This document shows, in pieces, positions 19,710 through 26,585 of a stretch of 64,000 nt of DNA. The position numbers and the translations under genes are program-made. Origin of the DNA: a virus; the IMG/VR virus record IMGVR_UViG_3300045988_073070; one strand, given 5' to 3'. Position 1 is the stretch's first letter, and every line of letters begins with the position of its first letter. Below the pieces are notes generated by a model. It did no database searches and was not told the origin of the DNA. It was given only the letters and a program-made list of their open reading frames with translations.

Positions 19710-20298
19710 GAAACAAAAACAATTGTATAGACAATCGGTTGATATGTTTATAGATATGTTGGAAACGATAACCAAACGGAAATGTAATTACAGGTGTAAT
19801 GATTCCGATGTTGGTTCGTTTGAAACGTTCTGTAACGAGTTCGACACGAATATTATCGGCATGTCCTTTATCAAGACGTATCTTGAATACCAATTCCAAA
19901 GTTGGTTCAATACGGGAACGGATAAGGACTATTCAAGAACAGTCAGATTCAGTTGGATGTTTGGAGCGAAAGCAATAAAACGCTGGCGAGTATTCAAACC
20001 CGAAGTGAACGTGAAGATTGTTCGAGGTCACATAAAAAAGTTGGGTATCTACAAACCGAAGGTGAGCCGAGAAACGAAGATACCAGAGTTAATTTTAAGG
20101 ATAAGACCTGCTGAAGAAAACTTCAAAAGGGAGTATCACAACACCCAGAGGGGATTCGCATGGTGTATAGCGAATACAACGTTGTATAACCATAAAAGTT
20201 CCCTTTGTGTTCGTTGTAGCTTCAAGAACGAATGTAAGGAAGTTCTGGAGAAACAATATCCAAAAGTATATGTAAAACGAGGTTATGGCAAGAAATAA
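19702..20298 (+). CDS. hypothetical protein with C-terminal Cys cluster
   Basis: 198-aa ORF containing 'CVRCSFKNEC'. Confidence 0.4.
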   Translation: MNRKQKQLYRQSVDMFIDMLETITKRKCNYRCNDSDVGSFETFCNEFDTNIIGMSFIKTYLEYQFQSWFNTGTDKDYSRTVRFSWMFGAKAIKRWRVFKPEVNVKIVRGHIKKLGIYKPKVSRETKIPELILRIRPAEENFKREYHNTQRGFAWCIANTTLYNHKSSLCVRCSFKNECKEVLEKQYPKVYVKRGYGKK

Positions 20299-21664
20299 CG
20301 CATTAACAAGTAATTATATCAACGAGCTATTTGCGGCTGCGTTTCAACGTAGGGGTGTATTTGATACGATTCGTGAATATCTCAAATTCTCCTACTTACA
20401 AACCGAAGCCGAAAAGCAACTATGGCAGTGGGCGGTTAAACAATACGACCGAACAGGCAAAGTACCAACGATTGGTCAACTACAACAACAGTTCTCCGAG
20501 AATGAGAAAGTGTTGGATTTTATTGTAGATATAGCCGATGTTGAGTTTGACGATGAAGATAATTTTGAGGAAGGCTTGATGCATACTTTTGAGGACTTTA
20601 TCAAAAAGATGAAGTTTCTTGAGGTAAACGATAAAATTGTTGATATTTATAATAGGGGTGAGAAAGACAAAGCGTATGAGACTTTTGTGAAGTATGCTGA
20701 GGACTTTGGTAAATTCTCTATTATGAAGCCGAAGTTTGAGACGGTGTTTGGAGACTTCGGAGAACGTCAAGCAAAACGAAAGAGCGAGGATTACAATTTC
20801 AGGTTCAAGATTCCTACGGGAATAGATGAAATTGATTATAGGCTTGGCGGTGATTACGGTGGGCCAGAAACGGGTGAATGCGTTCTTTGGCTTGGAGATT
20901 CGGGAGCTGGTAAGAGTCAGTGTTTGGTTCATCTTGGTATAGCTGCCGCACGTCAAGGATTCCGAGTTGCGCACTTTCAGTTGGAAGGTACAAAGGAACA
21001 ATGCTTGAATCGTTACGATGCTGCTTGGACAGGTACGTTATATCAAGATGTGAAACTTGGTAACATTACCGATAAGAAAATGGAAGTTACCAAGCGTATC
21101 ATCAAGAAGCTCAAAAAGTCTGATGTTATTGTAAGCTCCGAAGAAAAGTGGGGTGGTAAGAGCCTTGTTGATGTTCGTAGGGAACTGAAAGAAATGGAGA
21201 AAATCTATGGCAAGATAGATGTAATTGTCATAGACTACTTGGAATTGTTAGAGGTTGGTGATGGTATAGTGTATATGCCAAAAGATGAGCGATTCCGTCA
21301 GGCGAAACTTGCGAAGGGTATGAAGGCTTTGGCGATGGAGTTTAATGCCGTAGTACATACCGCAACCCAAGCAAGTAATATTCCCGAAGAACAGAAGAAC
21401 GACCCAGAGTTTGTAATAACGAGAGCGCAGTTGAGTGAGGATAAGGGAAAGATACGACCGTTTGATATTTTCATAACGATTAATCAAACCCGTGATGAGA
21501 TGCGAGAGGAAATCATGCGACTTCATACAGATAAGCTCCGAGACTATAAAAACGGAGAGCCTGTTCACATTTGTAATAATTTTGCTTATTCACGTTTCTA
21601 CGATAGAATGAGAACATTGAATACAGATTGGGATGAAAGAGAGGAAGCGAACGAGGAAGATTGA
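20285..21664 (+). CDS. DnaB/T7 gp4-type replicative helicase
   Basis: RecA-fold Walker A 'GDSGAGKSQ' and Walker B 'VIVIDYLELL'. Adjacent to the primase gene. Confidence 0.75.
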   Translation: MARNNALTSNYINELFAAAFQRRGVFDTIREYLKFSYLQTEAEKQLWQWAVKQYDRTGKVPTIGQLQQQFSENEKVLDFIVDIADVEFDDEDNFEEGLMHTFEDFIKKMKFLEVNDKIVDIYNRGEKDKAYETFVKYAEDFGKFSIMKPKFETVFGDFGERQAKRKSEDYNFRFKIPTGIDEIDYRLGGDYGGPETGECVLWLGDSGAGKSQCLVHLGIAAARQGFRVAHFQLEGTKEQCLNRYDAAWTGTLYQDVKLGNITDKKMEVTKRIIKKLKKSDVIVSSEEKWGGKSLVDVRRELKEMEKIYGKIDVIVIDYLELLEVGDGIVYMPKDERFRQAKLAKGMKALAMEFNAVVHTATQASNIPEEQKNDPEFVITRAQLSEDKGKIRPFDIFITINQTRDEMREEIMRLHTDKLRDYKNGEPVHICNNFAYSRFYDRMRTLNTDWDEREEANEED

Positions 21665-22610
21665 TGAAGCGGATTTGAAAGACATTCTTGTCAATCCGAC
21701 TTTGAACCGTAGAGGACAATACATTTGCGATTGTCCTTTTTGCGGAAAGGAAAAGCATTTTTATATCTCCAAAGATACCCAGATGTGGGATTGTAAGAAG
21801 TGCGGCGAATATGGAAATATTTACAAACTTCTAAAACGTCTCAATAAAACCTACCTTCTGGGTGGAGCTACGATTGAGGACACCGATATTCTTACCAGTA
21901 TCAAGGTATGGTTGGAAGAGCAAGCAGAATCTGACGATACAGTATTGGAAGAACTTCCTGTGAAGAAGTTACCTGTGGGGTGGAAGATAAGCGAAAAGAG
22001 CACACCGTATTTATTGGGTAGAGGCATTACACCCGAAGATTGCAAGCGGTATAATATCGGAGCTACTGATTTGTATAGAAAGTACAAGAATTATGTTATC
22101 ATTCCGATTTACGACAATGGTGAAATAAGAGGATTCTTGGGACGATACGGAGCAAAACACGTTCCCGAAGATAAGTTGCGTTACAACAACAGTACGAATA
22201 CTGAGTTTGGTCAATTGCTATTCGGATATGACGAGATTGTAAAGAATAAGACTTTGACCGTTATTTTGGTAGAAGGTGTCTTTGATAAGATAGCGGTTGA
22301 CAAAGTTCTTCGATTATGGGAAATTGACGAAATAAAGTGCGTTTGTACGTTCGGCAAGAAGATAAGCCCAGAGCAACAAAAGAAACTTATACAAAAGGGA
22401 ATTGAGAATGTTGTTTTGTTATATGACTTCGATGCTATCAAGGATATAAAAAAGTATGGATTGGAACTTGAAGAATCGTTCAATACAACTATTACTTATA
22501 CAATGAAAAAGGACATTGATGAGTGTACCAAAGATGAAGCATTGGAAGTTTTTAACAACGTAAAACGACCGAGAGAGTTTAATGAGGATGTTATTGGAAA
22601 ATTAAAGTAG
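21633..22610 (+). CDS. DNA primase (zinc ribbon plus TOPRIM)
   Basis: 'CDCPFCGKEKHFYIS..WDCKKCGEYG' zinc ribbon, TOPRIM 'VILVEGVFD' and 'LLYDFD'. Confidence 0.8.
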   Translation: MKERKRTRKIDEADLKDILVNPTLNRRGQYICDCPFCGKEKHFYISKDTQMWDCKKCGEYGNIYKLLKRLNKTYLLGGATIEDTDILTSIKVWLEEQAESDDTVLEELPVKKLPVGWKISEKSTPYLLGRGITPEDCKRYNIGATDLYRKYKNYVIIPIYDNGEIRGFLGRYGAKHVPEDKLRYNNSTNTEFGQLLFGYDEIVKNKTLTVILVEGVFDKIAVDKVLRLWEIDEIKCVCTFGKKISPEQQKKLIQKGIENVVLLYDFDAIKDIKKYGLELEESFNTTITYTMKKDIDECTKDEALEVFNNVKRPREFNEDVIGKLK

Positions 22611-22613
22611 GTT

Positions 22614-23048
22614 ATGGAACATACAAAAACAAGAAACCTTTCAGTTGCCGAATATTTTTTGCAGTTACAAAAAGAATATTTGACTGCTGAGTTTAGGCGA
22701 AAAATATATTTCAATCCCAAAGATAAGGCGTATTACCAGAAGGTGATGGGCTTCAAGAAGGAGAAGATTGAAAGTATAGCAAAAAGAAATCGTTTGAAGA
22801 GCATTTTTAATGACAACGTTACTTTAAGCGAGATACAAAGAGAATTGTTCACTTTGGACGGAAAGCCGAAGTTTGAGATGACGGATATTGACCGTGAAAA
22901 TTACTACGCAACGGGCAATGAGTTTTCCTATAAAGGAGAAATATGGACGCTTGACCAAGTGAACGATGATGGAAGTTTAACGCTTTATTCATTGAGCCGT
23001 GAGCAATATGAAAATGCAACCCAAGATGAGGTTTGCCGAATATTATAA
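22614..23048 (+). CDS. hypothetical protein
   Basis: 144-aa ORF. Confidence 0.4.
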   Translation: MEHTKTRNLSVAEYFLQLQKEYLTAEFRRKIYFNPKDKAYYQKVMGFKKEKIESIAKRNRLKSIFNDNVTLSEIQRELFTLDGKPKFEMTDIDRENYYATGNEFSYKGEIWTLDQVNDDGSLTLYSLSREQYENATQDEVCRIL

Positions 23049-23146
23049 AAGAACTTGCGAAAACCCAATTTAAGTTTGGTTTTACCTGAGAATTGCTTAA
23101 CAAAAGTTAAATTTTTGGGTAAAACCAAACTTTTTTCGTAAAAAAT

Positions 23147-23177
23147 TTTGTAGTTTGGAAAATAGTCTCTATCTTTG
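23147..23177 (+). promoter_or_regulatory. Bacteroidota sigma-A-type promoter, copy 1 (-33 TTTG / 19 nt / -7 TAtcTTTG)
   Basis: TTTG at 23147-23150 and TATCTTTG at 23170-23177. Part of a conserved block, 'ttttgtagtttgg..', found in three copies. Confidence 0.75.
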
Positions 23178-23186
23178 TATCAGAAT

Positions 23187-23203
23187 CGTAAATCAAATTG
23201 TAA
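23187..23203 (+). promoter_or_regulatory. start-codon-abutting tandem AAATTGTAAA-like motif
   Basis: 'cgtaaatcaaattgtaa' lies directly before the ATG at 23204. Confidence 0.6.
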
Positions 23204-23854
23204 ATGACGATGGAGAAAAAACAAAAAATTTCAGAAACTTTGTACCATAGATACGAGTATCTTGCAAAGAAATATGCAAGCCGTATTTATTCATACGAAC
23301 AATTATCATACGAGTTCGATGATTTGGTGCAGGAGTTCCGAATAAAGATATTCACGTCAATAAAGAGCTACGGAAAGCGTTGGTTAAAATATCGGAAAGA
23401 AGGTTATGCGAAACCTGTGCCCTTGAAATATTATCTTGAAGCTGCTTGTGCTAATAAAATGAGAGACTTCATGAAATATATAACAAGGGAAAATTACAAA
23501 GTAAGGATTGACGAAATCAATTATGACTTTGGGGTGGAAATGGATTCCGAGATTATTCCAGAGCTTAACAAGTTCGTCATTAACGGAATAGATTTATTGG
23601 AAGGATTAACGGGAAAGGAGAGAGCAATATTCAGTTTGTATCTCCGTGGGCATAGCTCAAAAATTCTTACCAAAGTTTATTTTAACAACGCCAAAGAGAA
23701 GGCAAAACGAAAAGAAATTTTGGACAGTGGTGACGAGCCGTTTGGAGTAGCAGATATAATAGAAATGCAATGTAACTTCTTAATCAAAAAGTATGGTAGT
23801 GAATTGCAGCAACTCCGTAGGACTTTCGCAACTTACAACTTTGATGAAGAGTAA
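23204..23854 (+). CDS. sigma-70-family-like transcription factor (regions 2 and 4)
   Basis: Region-2-like 'DDLVQEFRIKIFTSIKSY ... YLEAACANKMRDFMKYITRE' and region-4-like 'LTGKERAIFSLYLRGHSSKIL'. First gene after strong promoter copy 1. Confidence 0.55.
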   Translation: MTMEKKQKISETLYHRYEYLAKKYASRIYSYEQLSYEFDDLVQEFRIKIFTSIKSYGKRWLKYRKEGYAKPVPLKYYLEAACANKMRDFMKYITRENYKVRIDEINYDFGVEMDSEIIPELNKFVINGIDLLEGLTGKERAIFSLYLRGHSSKILTKVYFNNAKEKAKRKEILDSGDEPFGVADIIEMQCNFLIKKYGSELQQLRRTFATYNFDEE

Positions 23855-23881
23855 CAAATAATTAGACAATTTTTAATAAAC

Positions 23882-23899
23882 AATTAAATCGTAAAAAAG
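23882..23899 (+). promoter_or_regulatory. weaker copy of the start-proximal motif
   Basis: 'aattaaatcgtaaaaaag' lies before the ATG at 23900. Confidence 0.3.
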
Positions 23900-25243
23900 A
23901 TGGCAACTAAATTGACCGCCAATGTGGCAAAGAGAGTTAAAGCATTAGGAATTAATGCAACAACTGACGAGGCAGCACGCCCAAAACTTCTGGAAATTCT
24001 GGAAGAGAATGGAATTGAGCAGATGGACGATGAGGACATCACAACTCTGGTAGAAATCGCAGAATCTTTCGTGGACGCAGATGCGGACGGGGATGATGAA
24101 GGAGACGAAGAAGCGGAAAACGATGCTTTGGCTGAAGAAGTTGAAGAGGAAGAAAAACCGAAAAAGGGAGCAAAGAAAGCTACCAAGAAAGCCGAGCCTG
24201 AACCCGAAGAAGAAGATGAGGACGAGGAAGAAGAAAGCGATGATGAGGAAGAATCTGACGAGGATTCCGAAGAAGGCGATGAGCTTGACGACATGGACAG
24301 AGGTGAGTTGAAAGACTACATCAAAGAAAACGAATTGGAAATCACCGTGAAGAAATCTTGGAGTGATGACGACATTCGTGAAAAAATCCGTGAAGCTATG
24401 GGCGATGAAGAGGATGAGGAAGAAGATGAAGCACCTGCTCCGAAAAAGAACGCCAAAACTGCGGCTGCTCCGAAAAAAGAGGAAAAGAAAGCCGACAAAA
24501 AAGAAGCTCCGAAGGCTTCAGCCAAAAAGGAAGACAAACCGAAGGCTGACAAAAAAGCTACTGCGAAACGTGGTAACAAACTTGACCCGAAGAACAACGA
24601 AGAAGACAGAAAACATTTTGACTTCTTGAAGAAGTTGTTCCCTGAAAAAGATTACATCTATGCTTGGGTTGCAAGTGCTGGCGTAACAATCAAGTACAAA
24701 GGCAAAAACAGCAACCGTTCTCTTATCAGCCTTGAAAATTGTACGCTCAAGGGAGAAGGAAAGAATGCGGTTATGACTTGCAACCTGTACCTGCTTATCT
24801 TCAACGGCAAATACGAAGCGTTGGAAAAAGCCGAAGTGGAATATGAAAAATGTTGGAGTGGTGCTCCGATGTTGAAAGCTATCGAAGTAAGCGAAGCCGT
24901 TGAGGTCATTGAATCTCTGAAAGACGAAATGGACAAGATGGTAGGCGGTATCGACAAGAAGTTGGGAGACAACCGCAAGAAAATGGAAGAAGGTTTGAAG
25001 AAGGACAAGAAAGCTGCCGGCAAAGCATCATCCAAGAAGGCTTCTGACGATGAAGAGGAAGAAGATGAGGACGAGGAAGAACAGCCGAAAGCAAAAGCGA
25101 AACCTGCCGCAAAGAAGGCTTCCAAAAAGGTAGAAGTGGAAGAGGACGAAGAAGATGAGGATGACGAGGAAGAAGCACCCGCACCGAAAAAGAAAGCGAC
25201 CTCAAAGACCGCTACCAAGAAAACGGTAAACAAAAAGAAATAA
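23900..25243 (+). CDS. highly charged Glu/Asp/Lys-rich protein with HeH/SAP-like modules and a central globular domain
   Basis: 447 aa with long D/E and K/A/P tracts. Module 'DDMDRGELKDYIKENELEITVKKSWSDDDIREKIREAM' is shared with the ORF at 31623. Confidence 0.5.
   Translation: MATKLTANVAKRVKALGINATTDEAARPKLLEILEENGIEQMDDEDITTLVEIAESFVDADADGDDEGDEEAENDALAEEVEEEEKPKKGAKKATKKAEPEPEEEDEDEEEESDDEEESDEDSEEGDELDDMDRGELKDYIKENELEITVKKSWSDDDIREKIREAMGDEEDEEEDEAPAPKKNAKTAAAPKKEEKKADKKEAPKASAKKEDKPKADKKATAKRGNKLDPKNNEEDRKHFDFLKKLFPEKDYIYAWVASAGVTIKYKGKNSNRSLISLENCTLKGEGKNAVMTCNLYLLIFNGKYEALEKAEVEYEKCWSGAPMLKAIEVSEAVEVIESLKDEMDKMVGGIDKKLGDNRKKMEEGLKKDKKAAGKASSKKASDDEEEEDEDEEEQPKAKAKPAAKKASKKVEVEEDEEDEDDEEEAPAPKKKATSKTATKKTVNKKK
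24287..24400 (+). repeat. HeH/SAP-like module, paralogous copy A
   Basis: Roughly two-thirds aa identity (by eye) to the module at 32742-32855. Confidence 0.8.
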
Positions 25244-25272
25244 GCCCAACCAGACTTATTGTAATTGGAAAG

Positions 25273-25306
25273 GGAGTAGCTTGTAAAAGTTGCTCCTTTT
25301 CTTTTC
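25273..25306 (+). terminator. rho-independent terminator (loop TTGTAAAA family)
   Basis: GGAGTAGC / ttgtaaaa / GTTGCTCC followed by TTTTCTTTTC. Confidence 0.75.
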
Positions 25307-25385
25307 TCCCAGCGTTATCAACGTTATAAGATACGAACGAAAGAATAAAGAAATTAAGTCATTTTAACAAATAAATTAAGTTGAT

Positions 25386-26585
25386 ATGGAAATTCCGAAA
25401 AACAATTGCTTTTTTCCCGATTATGGAGTGGCGAAAGTAGAAACGTTTGGGATGTTGTACCCTGTAATTAATGATTACATCTTAACCAACAAACAAAAAG
25501 AAGAAAGCCGAGCAGGAGATGTAAAGGAACTGCTGGACGTCAAAACAATCATAACCAATCCTTATCAACGTTGCGTTGGCGGTTATGGTAGAGACATCAA
25601 TGTATTCTTTCTTCTTGCCGAAGCTATGTGGATAGCTGTTGGAAGAAAAGATGTAGAGTTTTTGGAAATATTCAATTCACGTATGAAGGACTTCAGTGAT
25701 GACGGAAAGACTTTCCACGCACCATACGGATTCCGATTGCGTCATTGGGGTATTCGTACCGAAGACAAATATGAAAGCGGAGTTAATGCCGCTCAAGGAT
25801 ATGACCAAGTAGCAGATGCAATACGGCTCTTGTCCGAGAATCATAACACACGTCAGGTAGTTATGGCAATATGGAATCCGAGTTTTGACTTGGGAGCGAA
25901 AAGCAAGGACATTCCTTGTAACGACCTTGTGATGTTGAAGATTCGTGATGGTAAGATGGTCACCACAATTCAGAATCGGAGTAATGACCTTCATTGGGGA
26001 TTGCCGACAAATATATTCCAATTCTCTTTCTTGACCGAGATTATGGCGACTTGTCTTGGTATCGAATTGGGAACACAAACACACAACTCTCAAAGTCTTC
26101 ATATTTATGATTGGAACGGTACGGCAAAGAAGATGCAAGAAATCTTCAAGGCTTCGGGAACGGGGCATTCACTTTATGAAGCTACGCCAGCCGAAGCGAA
26201 ACCGATGGACTTTGCTTTCAATCATGAGGTTGCAATTAACCGTCTCCGTGAAGTAGATTCACATTTGAATATCGTTATCGAAAATCTTCTCAGGATAAAG
26301 AATGGAGAAGATGAGATACAAGACGAAATTAAGCAGCTACAAGACTTTTCAACCTTCTTCTTTAATACTTACCAGCTCCTGAAAATATACGTGCTCTACA
26401 AGCATAAAAACAAGCTGGCTAAAACGGATATTGAAAAGGATGCTATTCGCAAAACAGCGATAGCCGAAATTGAACTGTTGGAAGCCGAAGGAGCAAAAGA
26501 TTGGGACATGGCAATACTTGCAAAGAACTTCTTTCACGCAAGGTTAAGTAAACCAATGAAGCATAAATATCTTGGGAAGCTATGA
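25386..26585 (+). CDS. thymidylate synthase (ThyA)/dNMP hydroxymethylase superfamily enzyme, atypical
   Basis: 'YGFRLRHWG', 'WNPS', catalytic-Cys context 'DIPCNDL' (Cys codon 25917-25919) and 'NRSNDLHWGLPTNIFQF' align with ThyA 'YGxQWR', 'WN', 'PCH' and 'RSxDxxLGxPFNI'. About 100 extra C-terminal aa. Confidence 0.8.
   Translation: MEIPKNNCFFPDYGVAKVETFGMLYPVINDYILTNKQKEESRAGDVKELLDVKTIITNPYQRCVGGYGRDINVFFLLAEAMWIAVGRKDVEFLEIFNSRMKDFSDDGKTFHAPYGFRLRHWGIRTEDKYESGVNAAQGYDQVADAIRLLSENHNTRQVVMAIWNPSFDLGAKSKDIPCNDLVMLKIRDGKMVTTIQNRSNDLHWGLPTNIFQFSFLTEIMATCLGIELGTQTHNSQSLHIYDWNGTAKKMQEIFKASGTGHSLYEATPAEAKPMDFAFNHEVAINRLREVDSHLNIVIENLLRIKNGEDEIQDEIKQLQDFSTFFFNTYQLLKIYVLYKHKNKLAKTDIEKDAIRKTAIAEIELLEAEGAKDWDMAILAKNFFHARLSKPMKHKYLGKL

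Noticed and set aside
23049-23146. Possible terminator hairpins (AAAACC...GGTTTT; TTTGG-gtaaaa-CCAAA followed by CTTTTTT) upstream of promoter copy 1.
   Set aside because: The stems are short and AT-rich, so stability is doubtful. I left them unannotated rather than call a terminator.
23884-24294. 136-aa Ser-rich ORF on the minus strand. Similar ORFs lie at 24316-24597, 24658-25233, 24906-25205, 32465-33130 and 35720-36199.
   Set aside because: These are mirror images of GAA/GAT/AAG-rich codon runs in the + strand Glu/Asp/Lys-rich genes. They are low-complexity poly-Ser translations with no independent start context, and every other gene in the window is on the + strand.
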